Positions 50,248 through 59,620 of a DNA stretch of 64,000 nucleotides are shown here, piece after piece. Numbering within the stretch: position 1 is the first letter of the stretch; every line of letters starts with the position of its first letter. Under the pieces are notes generated by a model that saw nothing but the letters and a program-made list of their open reading frames with translations, was not told the origin of the DNA and did not search any database. Source of the stretch: a virus; the IMG/VR virus record IMGVR_UViG_3300029319_009044, positions 32,001 through 96,000 of that record; one strand, written 5' to 3'. Position numbers and translations under genes: made by a program.

Positions 50248-51670
50248 GAATTTTACTCTCTGTATACTTGATCTTCTCCGCCTTGTATATATCTTTACGT
50301 TTTTCACAATGACGTAATCCATATCTTAAGTTATCACATATATCAAATATAACTAGTTTATTTTTTGAAGCGTGTTTACGTAAACCACGACCTACAGACT
50401 GGACTGTTCTAATAAACGACTTTCCTCCCGCCGCAAATATAATATTGTGTAGATTTTTAATGTTAACCCCGGTAGAGAAGATAGAACTCATAGCTACACA
50501 TATTACATTATTATCTTTCTCCATTATTCTCTTTATATCTTCACGTGTCTCTACTTCTACTTCACCTCTAATAAAGTAGATTTGCTTATTTTCGCATTCA
50601 GTAAGATATTCTGATAGCTCCACCCCTTGAGAAATATGATTAACTAGTATTAATGTGTTATTCTCTAATTTACTGCATAGCTTAGTTAAAAATGTATTAC
50701 GAAAATGACTTTCATATATAAAATCTAACTCTTCTCTATAAGCATTGTCAGTAAGGTAGCGTGGAGGTGTGTTATATTCTAAATTTAGTATCTTAACAGT
50801 AACATTAGCTAGATAATCTTCTAATCTTAGTTCATAACTCGTTTTTTCGTATATAACTGGGCCTAATTTACCTATAATTGACCACTTATCTAAGTTATTT
50901 TCAGGTAAAGTACCTGTAAAGCCATATTTGTTATGTGTTCGTATGTTAGATACTATCTTACTAACCTTATTTGTTGCTTTTATCTTATGACACTCATCGA
51001 CTATAAGTAAATCTACATATTTCATCCAATCGTTGTTATCAAACTGACTTTGAACAATGCCTATATTACAAATTACAACATTTGACGTTAAGTCGGGCTT
51101 AGTTTTACCTGTCCATTTAGTCATTTTAAACGTAGTACCTACGTCATTAAACTCGTCATACGTCTGACTTACTAATCCTAAGTCTGGAACTAATACTATA
51201 CACTTAAAAGTATCTTTATCTGTGCAATTTTGAAAGTAATTTTCAATTAATGCTGCTGTAGTTAACGTTTTTCCAGCACCGGTGCCTAATACACATGTAC
51301 CTCTACCTAGTTTTAAAGCCTTTTTTATTACTTCTTCTTGATATTCACGTAGTTCCAGCGTAAAGTCTTTATACAACTCTACATCTTTACCTACATTTAG
51401 TATTTTTTTAAGTTTATCTGTTATCTTAATATCTACTTTAATCTGTTCTTGTATTAGATACTGTCTTATATCCCAATATAGCCCAGGTTCACAATTACCT
51501 GTACCAGTTATTGCATATTTTCTCCTAGCAGCAAAGCGACCTCTATATCTCGCAAAACGAGCGCCTTCATTTTCAACACTAAAATGCTCGCGTATCTTAT
51601 CAAATAAAGAACTATCTTCAGTTCTTATCTGAATCTTTCTATTGCTTGTATTATAATCAAAGGTTAACAT
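50234..51670 (-). CDS. uvsW: SF2 DNA helicase
   Basis: LREYQ, GTGAGKT, DECH, TGT, QSVGRGLR. Confidence 0.92.
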   Translation of the reverse strand: MLTFDYNTSNRKIQIRTEDSSLFDKIREHFSVENEGARFARYRGRFAARRKYAITGTGNCEPGLYWDIRQYLIQEQIKVDIKITDKLKKILNVGKDVELYKDFTLELREYQEEVIKKALKLGRGTCVLGTGAGKTLTTAALIENYFQNCTDKDTFKCIVLVPDLGLVSQTYDEFNDVGTTFKMTKWTGKTKPDLTSNVVICNIGIVQSQFDNNDWMKYVDLLIVDECHKIKATNKVSKIVSNIRTHNKYGFTGTLPENNLDKWSIIGKLGPVIYEKTSYELRLEDYLANVTVKILNLEYNTPPRYLTDNAYREELDFIYESHFRNTFLTKLCSKLENNTLILVNHISQGVELSEYLTECENKQIYFIRGEVEVETREDIKRIMEKDNNVICVAMSSIFSTGVNIKNLHNIIFAAGGKSFIRTVQSVGRGLRKHASKNKLVIFDICDNLRYGLRHCEKRKDIYKAEKIKYTESKILEKS

Positions 51671-52065
51671 TAGAGTTGCTCCATTTTATTAATATCAATA
51701 ATATTTTTAATCTCCCAATGCATTTGACCCATAATCTTCTCTACCTTTTCTAAGTATTCGATAATAGAATCTTGTTCATGTATTGAATCATTAATTTTAC
51801 CAATTGAATCATGTCTTTCAGCTGCTGATTCAGCAGCAGATTGACTAATCTTTACTGGTGAATCGGCAATAACCTTTTTAACTACTTCTTTTTTAAGTTG
51901 TTTCTTTTTTCTTAACAAAGAGTTACGGTTAATTTTTGCATCCATAAGCCTTGCTACCCAGAAATGCTTCTTAGCTGGTAATCTCATTTGAGATTCTTTA
52001 ATATTGAAATCATCTAAATATAAATCTTTAGTAATTTCTTCAATATACTTTTTTAGCAATTCCAT
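51670..52065 (-). CDS. uvsY: Recombination mediator (UvsY-like)
   Basis: 131-aa helical protein; KDLYLD, WEIKNIID; adjacent to uvsW as in T4. Confidence 0.7.
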   Translation of the reverse strand: MELLKKYIEEITKDLYLDDFNIKESQMRLPAKKHFWVARLMDAKINRNSLLRKKKQLKKEVVKKVIADSPVKISQSAAESAAERHDSIGKINDSIHEQDSIIEYLEKVEKIMGQMHWEIKNIIDINKMEQL

Positions 52066-52089
52066 CCATATATTATAAATATATATAGA

Positions 52090-52758
52090 ATGGAATCAAT
52101 GGGTAAATTTGAAAAGATCTTTTATAAGTTACTGGAAAACAATATTGCTGGTGGTGGTGGAGCTTTAGGAGATACAGCAGCCGTATACGATCCTGCAGCA
52201 GGTAGAATATCTTCTAATGATGATGTTTATGCACCAGGAGACGCTAGGAGACCTAAAGTATTAGGAAAGGTCGTATCAAGAGCTGGTACAGTTGGAAGTA
52301 AGAAAAAGAAAAAGAAGAAGGAAAAAGACGGTTTAGATGGAGTATATTTAACTGGTGAGAATGAAGAAAATGAAGTGGTGAGTGAAATTGCTCCAGTAGT
52401 ATTAGGTCTTGCTAGAGGTGCTGCAGCAGCTGGTAGAGGTGTTGCTGCTACTGGTAAAGCTTTATCAAGGGGAGCTAGAGTGGTAGCTCCTAAAGTAAAA
52501 AGTGCTGTTAAAAAAGCCGGGGAGTTAGCTATGGCTTCTCCTGTAGATGATATAGCTGCTGCAGCTGTAGATAGTGTAGTTAAAAAATTTAAAAAGAAAG
52601 ATAAAGAAGAAGAGGTGCCTGAGGAAGATGCAGAAAAGAAAAAAGCTGATAGATGTAAGCGTAGAGCAGATTCAGTTTATGGTAAAAAGACATCAGCTTA
52701 CAAGTCTGGGGCCATTGTAAGATGTAGACAAGGTAAAATTTGGAAGAAGAAAAAATGA
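52090..52758 (+). CDS. Basic modular late protein (putative internal head polyprotein)
   Basis: TATAAATA at 52074-52081; Lys-rich modules separated by acidic linkers; C-terminal C..RA...Y...SAY.SGAIV.CR module. Confidence 0.55.
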   Translation: MESMGKFEKIFYKLLENNIAGGGGALGDTAAVYDPAAGRISSNDDVYAPGDARRPKVLGKVVSRAGTVGSKKKKKKKEKDGLDGVYLTGENEENEVVSEIAPVVLGLARGAAAAGRGVAATGKALSRGARVVAPKVKSAVKKAGELAMASPVDDIAAAAVDSVVKKFKKKDKEEEVPEEDAEKKKADRCKRRADSVYGKKTSAYKSGAIVRCRQGKIWKKKK

Positions 52759-53501
52759 CCCAAAAAGAACTACTCGAAGCTAGCGACTCTCTTCGTCAAT
52801 GGTTTAAGAGAGGTGGGACTGATCCTAAGACTGGTAAAAAGTTTAAGGGTTGGATAAATTGTAAGACAGGAGGACCTTGTGGACGTAAGTCTAAAAAATC
52901 AGGAGGTAGTTACCCTGCTTGCAGACCTACTAAAGCTGCATGTAATAAGATAAAGGGTAAAATGTATAAAAAGAAAAGCTCAAAGAGAGTTAATTGGAAG
53001 AAAAAGAGTGAAAATGCTGAAGAGCCTAAAAAAGGTACTGGTAAAAAACCAAAGGGTTCAAGTAGAAGATTATATACTGATGAAAATCCTAAGGATACAG
53101 TAAGTGTAAAATATAGTACAGTGGGGGATATAAGAGAGACTCTTAACAAATCTTCGTTTAAGAGTAAGTCTCATGCAAGACAGTCACAAATAATTAATTT
53201 GATACATCAAAGAGTAAGAGCAGCTCGTGGTAGAGTAAAAGATCCACAAAAGAAAAAAAGTTTAGCTGCTGCTTTTGAATACATTACAAAGAAAAAAGAA
53301 GCTAGTAAGCGTAAGACTAAACGTATGAGAGAAGAAGATGCTGAAAAGAAAAATATACATAAGCCCGTAAAGCCCGGTATACTTAAAAAGCGTTTAGGTA
53401 GCTTATCATGTAGTAAGGTAAGAGGTGCTAAAAGTAAATTAAAAAATAAAGGTACACATTATGCAAAGGCTTTACAGCGCTATTTAAATTATCATTGTTA
53501 G
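52755..53501 (+). CDS. Basic modular late protein (start probably ATG 52755, MTQKELLE)
   Basis: ATGA overlap; LRQWFK...CGR...YPACRP, RLYTDENPKDTV and KPGILK modules split by ENAE and EEDAE. Confidence 0.6.
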   Translation: MTQKELLEASDSLRQWFKRGGTDPKTGKKFKGWINCKTGGPCGRKSKKSGGSYPACRPTKAACNKIKGKMYKKKSSKRVNWKKKSENAEEPKKGTGKKPKGSSRRLYTDENPKDTVSVKYSTVGDIRETLNKSSFKSKSHARQSQIINLIHQRVRAARGRVKDPQKKKSLAAAFEYITKKKEASKRKTKRMREEDAEKKNIHKPVKPGILKKRLGSLSCSKVRGAKSKLKNKGTHYAKALQRYLNYHC

Positions 53502-53514
53502 AATAAATATTGTT

Positions 53515-54210
53515 ATGAAATTCGACGACCTAGTAAAGCGTATAATAGAAGAAAATTGGGAAAAGGGTACTTCTAAAGCTCCAAAAGGTAAATCATTTGA
53601 TATGGAAAGAGGTGGAGCTCCTAGTAATGTAGATGCAGCTAGGGATGGTTCGGGGGGTAGATACAGACGGACTCGTCCTCCTAGTGCACCTTCGAAAAAG
53701 ACCCATGGTGAAATGGAAGAATCACCTAAAGAGGATAATGAAAAGAAAAAATCTGATAAGGTAAAAATTTATAGAGGTAAAGATTATAAAGTAAAAGTCG
53801 AGAAGGGTAAAAGATTTACAAAGAATGGTATTTATATGAAAGTATATTATCAAAATCCTAGTCTATCTAAAGAGAGACATAAACAAATAGCTAATCAAAT
53901 ACATAGAGCTATATCAGATGAAGAGTCGCCTGAAGAAGATGCAGAATATAGAGGGAGAAAAGTAAAACTTAACAAACCTACGAGAGGTGATGTTAAAAAG
54001 TTTAAAGTATACGTTAAAGATCCGAAAACAGGTAACGTTAAAAAGGTAAACTTCGGTCATGGAGGTACATCTGCTAAAAGAAAGGGTGAAAAGACGATGA
54101 AGATTCGTAAAAGTAATCCAAAAGCTCGTAAATCATTTAGAGCTAGACATAATTGTGATAATCCTGGTCCAAAGACTAAAGCTAGGTATTGGTCTTGTAG
54201 AAAGTGGTAG
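53515..54210 (+). CDS. Basic modular late protein
   Basis: TAAATA-N5-ATG; C-terminal YRGRKVKLNKP...KFKVYVK...SFRARH.C...ARYWSC module, common in T4-like phages. Confidence 0.65.
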   Translation: MKFDDLVKRIIEENWEKGTSKAPKGKSFDMERGGAPSNVDAARDGSGGRYRRTRPPSAPSKKTHGEMEESPKEDNEKKKSDKVKIYRGKDYKVKVEKGKRFTKNGIYMKVYYQNPSLSKERHKQIANQIHRAISDEESPEEDAEYRGRKVKLNKPTRGDVKKFKVYVKDPKTGNVKKVNFGHGGTSAKRKGEKTMKIRKSNPKARKSFRARHNCDNPGPKTKARYWSCRKW

Positions 54211-54602
54211 ATTTAGGTCATTGGGAGGGGGTTCTAGAGGAAAATGTGGACCTACCTTATGGTTTCATTTATAAGATAACTAATCTTACTAATGATAAAA
54301 AATATATTGGTAAGAAGCAGTGTCAATCAATAAAAAAACGACCTCCTTTGAAAGGTAAAAAGAATAAACGTCACGAAAAAATAGAAACAGATTGGAAAAC
54401 CTACACTTCTTCATCAAATGAACTTAATAAAGACTTAGAACAGTTAGGAAAGGATAATTTTAAGTTTGAAATACTTAGATGGTGTGATTCTAAGTGGGAG
54501 TTGAGTTATTACGAAGCTAGATTACAATTTAAAGAAGAAGTATTGCTACGTAATGACTACTATAACGGAATCATCAATGTTAGAATCGGAGGCCGTAAGT
54601 GA
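54204..54602 (+). CDS. GIY-YIG endonuclease (catalytic domain only)
   Basis: GFIYKITN...KYIGKK, conserved E and YYN. Confidence 0.82.
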   Translation: MVDLGHWEGVLEENVDLPYGFIYKITNLTNDKKYIGKKQCQSIKKRPPLKGKKNKRHEKIETDWKTYTSSSNELNKDLEQLGKDNFKFEILRWCDSKWELSYYEARLQFKEEVLLRNDYYNGIINVRIGGRK

Positions 54603-55047
54603 TCCTGTACGTGGTTTTGAGTTTATTGATCTTAATAAGTGTCTAGCGAGGTCTTTTAACCAATATTTGTTGTATATTACTGAAAATGAGCTAAAATTAA
54701 CAAGAAAAGATAAGAATAAGCTTGGTATTCACTTTATTATAAAAGAGTTAGTTAAAGTTTGTAAAAAAACTAATAATAAAAAATGGTTTTACTACAAAAC
54801 TAACGGTAAATCTATTGAACATACGCTTATAAAACGTATTTTTAATGCTTTACCTACTAATATCACTTACAATGAAGGTAGTTTTAGTACATTTCTAGAA
54901 GAAAGAGATTACATTTCATTTGCTAAGAAGGATACATCAGCAGTTTCTTTCTATAAGTTTAGATTATTTCTTCGTAGATATGAATTACAACAAATAGAAA
55001 AAGAGTTTCTATCTAATATAAATATAAAACTCTCGTTACTTCCATAA
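54553..55047 (+). CDS. Hypothetical protein (start may be ATG 54577)
   Basis: 164-aa ORF filling the operon. Confidence 0.45.
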   Translation: MTTITESSMLESEAVSDPVRGFEFIDLNKCLARSFNQYLLYITENELKLTRKDKNKLGIHFIIKELVKVCKKTNNKKWFYYKTNGKSIEHTLIKRIFNALPTNITYNEGSFSTFLEERDYISFAKKDTSAVSFYKFRLFLRRYELQQIEKEFLSNINIKLSLLP

Positions 55048-55055
55048 ATATATAC

Positions 55056-55403
55056 ATGAGTAAATTTTTGAATTTGGTTGAAGATAATAGACCAGAAAAA
55101 GACATTGATGAACTTACTAATGCTAAAAGATCTTTGCAGCGGCTTTTACTAAAAAATAAAATCGAAGCACATGGAATAGCTTTTCAAGATATATTACGAG
55201 TAAGATTAGATGATGGTCGAGTTGTTGAACTAGAGGTTAAAGATGTTCAACGTCCAGAGGATAATGAAATGCTCAATAAAGAATTTGAAAGTAAAGCAAA
55301 AACTGATCAAAGATATGCTAAGGCTTTAAAAGATAGAAAAGATGCTTTAGATAAAAAGTTAATGGACTTTGAAAAAGAAACGCAAGAAATAGAAACATCG
55401 TGA
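55056..55403 (+). CDS. Hypothetical late protein, putative internal protein
   Basis: TAAATA-N5-ATG; MSKFLNLVE start; PEDNE. Confidence 0.5.
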   Translation: MSKFLNLVEDNRPEKDIDELTNAKRSLQRLLLKNKIEAHGIAFQDILRVRLDDGRVVELEVKDVQRPEDNEMLNKEFESKAKTDQRYAKALKDRKDALDKKLMDFEKETQEIETS

Positions 55404-55933
55404 AAACTTTAAAATTAATAGAAAGTTACATGCGTATACTTGAGCAGGATGATACTGAAGTAGAGGATGTAAAAATAGATGCTGAGGTTGATAAGTCTGA
55501 ACCTTCTCCTGGCGAACAATCTATCGCAGAGTTGATTGCCTCAGCTTTCGCTTATTTACCTACTGATCAAGAAGCTGAAACTGTAGAGGAATTAGAAATA
55601 AAAAAGGTTGGTACACATAATCAAGCTCCTCCAACTAAAGATATTAATCCTCGTTCTGTAATAAAGAGTGTTATTTCAAGATTACCTGTTGGTTTAAGAG
55701 CAGTATATACTAGAGGACCTGGTTTAGGTGGCATTACACCTGAATCGGAGATATATTTAGCTCAAATATTAGCTGATGCGTTTAGATATAAACCAACTTC
55801 ACAAGATGCTCATATAGCTAGTACAGTTAATAAACAATTTAATGATACTGAACCAATGAAAGTAATTGAAACTATTGAAAGATTACTTCAGTTTTCAGAT
55901 GAACCCTTAGAAGATGAACTTTTAGACAATTAA
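55400..55933 (+). CDS. Hypothetical protein with internal duplication
   Basis: GTG start; LIASAFAYLPT and ILADAFRYKPT are repeated halves. Confidence 0.5.
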   Translation: MKTLKLIESYMRILEQDDTEVEDVKIDAEVDKSEPSPGEQSIAELIASAFAYLPTDQEAETVEELEIKKVGTHNQAPPTKDINPRSVIKSVISRLPVGLRAVYTRGPGLGGITPESEIYLAQILADAFRYKPTSQDAHIASTVNKQFNDTEPMKVIETIERLLQFSDEPLEDELLDN

Positions 55934-55937
55934 TATT

Positions 55938-56993
55938 ATGCAGTGGGAATTAGAAAAGATTTATAAAGAACAAGTTAAAGGTAATATACCTCCTCGTAAA
56001 CATTTACGTGTTATAGGAGAGAATGTAGGTTTATATACTAAAGGAGAAGAAGGTTATAATCATATTGGAGATGTTTCAGATGATAACTTTAAAAAAATTA
56101 CTAGATTAGCGTCAGACGGAAATGCTAAAGATGAAATAGAAGATTATTTAACTAAAAAATCTTATACTACAGATTCCTTTAAAGGTGAAGATGATTATAG
56201 AGTTTTGGTAGACTTACTTGATGATGGTGCTTTTGAAGAATATATTGGTCAAGATAAACCTTCACTAGAAAAAAATAAATTAGGTAATATTATTAACATA
56301 TCTTCTAAAGTGGGTTTAGATACAAAGATGGCAGAGCGCTTAGCAAGATTTACACCTATTGATAAAGGTGGTAGCAATGTAGGACCTGGAGAAATTTTAC
56401 TCGCGTTAACGTTTAATGATGTATCTAATTCAACTATTGGGGGTGATTTAATGTTAGGTGATCAAAAGCTTGAAGTTAAAGGTCAAGGAGGTAGATTTGG
56501 TCAACAACCTGGTAGAGGAGGAGTAGCTTTTTCTGTTAATCAAGTTGAGGAAGGGTTAGATAAGAAACTTGATCTCGATAATGTAGTTTCTTTAGAGAAA
56601 CTTATAAGTTCTTTATATAACGCTTATAAGCAAGAAGGAAAAGAAAAAGAGTTTATTCCTAGATTACATGAAACTTTAAAAACAGCTTACCCTGGAGCTG
56701 ATTTAAATTATTTAAACAATTCTACTGATTTTAACGACTTAGGTACAAGGCAAGGTAGACGAATTCTACCAGGAGCTATTAGAAAAGCTTTAGGTAAAAT
56801 TAATTTTGATTACTATTCATCTAAATATGATACTGATTTATATATTTTTATTGATAAGAAAAGTTTAAATTACGCTCTATTTACTAAAGATGATGTTTTA
56901 AAAGATGGGGGTTTAATAGATCAAAATATTTTAAAATCTGATAGTTTTTCTAGAAACACCTTATATCCAAACTTTATATACATTTTTAAATGA
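55938..56993 (+). CDS. Putative PD-(D/E)xK restriction-endonuclease-fold protein
   Basis: GPGEILL...GGDLMLGDQKLEVKG (E...D...ExK pattern). Confidence 0.55.
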   Translation: MQWELEKIYKEQVKGNIPPRKHLRVIGENVGLYTKGEEGYNHIGDVSDDNFKKITRLASDGNAKDEIEDYLTKKSYTTDSFKGEDDYRVLVDLLDDGAFEEYIGQDKPSLEKNKLGNIINISSKVGLDTKMAERLARFTPIDKGGSNVGPGEILLALTFNDVSNSTIGGDLMLGDQKLEVKGQGGRFGQQPGRGGVAFSVNQVEEGLDKKLDLDNVVSLEKLISSLYNAYKQEGKEKEFIPRLHETLKTAYPGADLNYLNNSTDFNDLGTRQGRRILPGAIRKALGKINFDYYSSKYDTDLYIFIDKKSLNYALFTKDDVLKDGGLIDQNILKSDSFSRNTLYPNFIYIFK

Positions 56994-58201
56994 AAAGCTT
57001 TAAACTATATTTCGAACAATACGAGCTTTTAAACGAAGCTAAGGCTAATACTCACCTTACACATTTAGAAGAGCTTATCCTTACTAAGGGAGAAGGCGGC
57101 TATAAGACTGCAAGAGGTTTTATAACCGATTTGCTTTCACATTTACAGGGTAAGAGTAAAAGAAAAGTAAATACATCAGTTAAATGGGATGGCGCTCCTG
57201 CTATTTTTGCTGGTAAGCATCCAGAGACTGGTAAATTTTTTGTAGGTACTAAATCTATATTCAATAGAGAGCCTAAAATTAATTATACAGATAACGACGT
57301 TGAGATGAATCATGGTCATGCTCCTGGTTTAGCAGATAAATTAAAGAAAGCTCTTAAGTATCTTCCTAAGCTTGGTATTAAAGGTATACTTCAAGGTGAT
57401 TTTATGTTTGATTCTTCATCTGTTAACAAGGAAGTTATTGATGGAGTAGATCATTTTACATTTAAACCAAACACTATTAAGTATGCTGTAGAGAAAGATT
57501 CTAAATTAGGTCGTGAAATAGCTAATTCAGTATTTGGTATTGTATTTCATACAGGATATGCTGACTTAAATAGTCCTCCACAATATGGTATTAATGTAAA
57601 AGGACTTAAAAAGGTACCAGGTGTATGGGTTGATGATGCTATATTTACTGATTCTACTGGAACAGTTACACTTACGACAGATGAAGCAAAACAAGTAAGA
57701 GATTATGTAAAGACAGCAGATTCAATAAAAGTTGATTATAGAGATTTACCTTTAGATTTACTAAACATTTACGCTAATTCTGAGATTCAAAAGGGTATGT
57801 TTTTAGAAGACCCTGAAGTTTCATTTAATAACTTTGTTGATTGGTTCAAAGGTAGAATGACTAAAGAGATTGAAAAGAGAAAGTCTAAAGCTGGAAAACT
57901 TAAAGTAGAAGAAAGTTTTAAGAAGAAAATGGCTGAATTCAATCAGCAAAAAGATGATATAGTAAATATTTTTAAGGTAAGTAAATTACTTTCACAAGCT
58001 AAACAAATCTTTATTAACAAGTATAATAATGCTGTATATAATACTAAGCATTTCTTAGATGCAGAAGATGGTACATTAAAAGTAACTTCACCAGAAGGTT
58101 ACGTAAGTGTATCTAAAGCTGGTGATGCTGTAAAGCTTGTAGATAGATTAGAGTTTAGTCGTGCTAACTTTAGTGGAGGTCAAACAAGTACAAAAAAATG
58201 A
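56990..58201 (+). CDS. Ligase-superfamily covalent nucleotidyltransferase (DUF6267-like)
   Basis: Motif I KWDG, motif III-like LQGD, motif IV PEGYV, motif V VKLV; HLTHLEE N-terminal block. Confidence 0.65.
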   Translation: MKSFKLYFEQYELLNEAKANTHLTHLEELILTKGEGGYKTARGFITDLLSHLQGKSKRKVNTSVKWDGAPAIFAGKHPETGKFFVGTKSIFNREPKINYTDNDVEMNHGHAPGLADKLKKALKYLPKLGIKGILQGDFMFDSSSVNKEVIDGVDHFTFKPNTIKYAVEKDSKLGREIANSVFGIVFHTGYADLNSPPQYGINVKGLKKVPGVWVDDAIFTDSTGTVTLTTDEAKQVRDYVKTADSIKVDYRDLPLDLLNIYANSEIQKGMFLEDPEVSFNNFVDWFKGRMTKEIEKRKSKAGKLKVEESFKKKMAEFNQQKDDIVNIFKVSKLLSQAKQIFINKYNNAVYNTKHFLDAEDGTLKVTSPEGYVSVSKAGDAVKLVDRLEFSRANFSGGQTSTKK

Positions 58202-58701
58202 AAACATTTAGAGAATATTTTGAAGAAAACAAAGCTATTGAGTCACTTAAAGGGTGGAAGCATGATGATGCTCAAAAATATGCAATAAAATTAATTAAGC
58301 AATTTGGTGAACCTGATGAGGTAACTGAAAGTATGCTACTTTGGAATAATATAGAGCCGCCATTTGAATCTGTTTATATAAAAGATGAAAGTATACCTCA
58401 TGATTTTCCAGCTTCTCATAGAGATTTTGTTTATTCAACTATGAATATAGACGTACCAGCTGATATGTTAGATACGTTAGGTCATGTTACTGGTAGTATT
58501 ATTTATGATGGTCTTAAAAAAGAAGTAACTGCAAGATGCGGTGACTTATATGCTAATGCAGCTACTTTAGGTTTTGTAAAAGATATGGTTGATGGTAAGA
58601 TTTCAACTGATTTTGAAGAAGCTAAAAAAGAGTATGCTAATAGGATTCAAAAAGCTCCTCTACCTGATTGGTATCCAGATAGTATGGAGGAAGATAAATG
58701 A
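58198..58701 (+). CDS. Conserved hypothetical protein with capsid-targeting-like N-terminus
   Basis: MKTFREYFEE; FGEP, HDFPASHRD, GSIIYD, TARC motifs. Confidence 0.55.
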   Translation: MKTFREYFEENKAIESLKGWKHDDAQKYAIKLIKQFGEPDEVTESMLLWNNIEPPFESVYIKDESIPHDFPASHRDFVYSTMNIDVPADMLDTLGHVTGSIIYDGLKKEVTARCGDLYANAATLGFVKDMVDGKISTDFEEAKKEYANRIQKAPLPDWYPDSMEEDK

Positions 58702-59237
58702 AGACTTTTAAAGAATATTTTGAAGATCAAGAATCTACTTCAGAAAAAGTAGCTCTTTTACCTGGTGGGTTTAAACCTCCTACTAAAGGTCACTTTAATG
58801 CTTTAAGGTATTTGCTACAGGATACAGATAAAGGTGTTGTTTTTATAGGAGGTAAAGAGAGAGACGGTATAACCCCTGAGCAATCAGAAAAAATATGGAA
58901 CATATATTCTAACTACTTAGGTAAACCTGTTAACGTTGTAGATGTACCAAATCCAGTTAGAGCAGTATACGAGTTTGCAGATGATAACTTAGATAAGACT
59001 TTATTTGTAGGTGCAGGAGCAAAAGATGAAGATGTAAAACGATATGCTTACTTTATCAATAATGTTGATAAGTACCCATTAGTTAATGTTGTAAAAATAC
59101 CTATGCAAGAAGGTGGTATTTCCGGAAGTCAAACACGTGAATTAATTAGTAAAGATATAGATAAAGCTTTAAATTATTTTGTTCCAGAAGAAGTTTCGTC
59201 TGATGATAAAGAACGAATAAAAAACATACTTGCATAA
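58698..59237 (+). CDS. HIGH-family (cytidylyltransferase-like) nucleotidyltransferase
   Basis: LPGGFKPPTKGH and KMSKS-like ISGSQTR; MKTFKEYFE start. Confidence 0.8.
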   Translation: MKTFKEYFEDQESTSEKVALLPGGFKPPTKGHFNALRYLLQDTDKGVVFIGGKERDGITPEQSEKIWNIYSNYLGKPVNVVDVPNPVRAVYEFADDNLDKTLFVGAGAKDEDVKRYAYFINNVDKYPLVNVVKIPMQEGGISGSQTRELISKDIDKALNYFVPEEVSSDDKERIKNILA

Positions 59238-59245
59238 ATATTAAT

Positions 59246-59620
59246 ATGAGAGATCAAAAGCGTAAAGAAATGGCTTTAATGGAAGCTGCATATATGAATG
59301 TAGGGCATGGCTCAGATTGTCAATGCTCTAGTTGTATGGGTGAACATGATCAATCTGAAATAGATATGGCAGGTCGCGATCTTCTTAAAGCTAGAGAGTA
59401 CGCTGAAAAATTAAGTATGATGGTTCAACAATTACCTGGTCTCGAAGGGTGGGTAGCTTCTAAAATTACTAAAGCATCTGATTATCTTTCTTCTGTATTT
59501 CATTATCTAGATTATGAAATGAACGAAAAGGGTCATCATCAAAATGATCATGAGCAACAAATAGCTATAGTAGTTAAACCAGATCAAGGTAATTTTAACA
59601 AAGGATATGAAGAAGTTTAA
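59246..59620 (+). CDS. Conserved phage hypothetical protein
   Basis: MA...L...LEGWVASKITKASDYL..V..YL motif; TAAATA-N5-ATG. Confidence 0.55.
   Translation: MRDQKRKEMALMEAAYMNVGHGSDCQCSSCMGEHDQSEIDMAGRDLLKAREYAEKLSMMVQQLPGLEGWVASKITKASDYLSSVFHYLDYEMNEKGHHQNDHEQQIAIVVKPDQGNFNKGYEEV

Noticed and set aside
54204-54602. Intron-encoded or mobile homing endonuclease
   Set aside because: Catalytic domain only, no interrupted host gene and no flanking intron sequence; overlaps its neighbours like a resident gene
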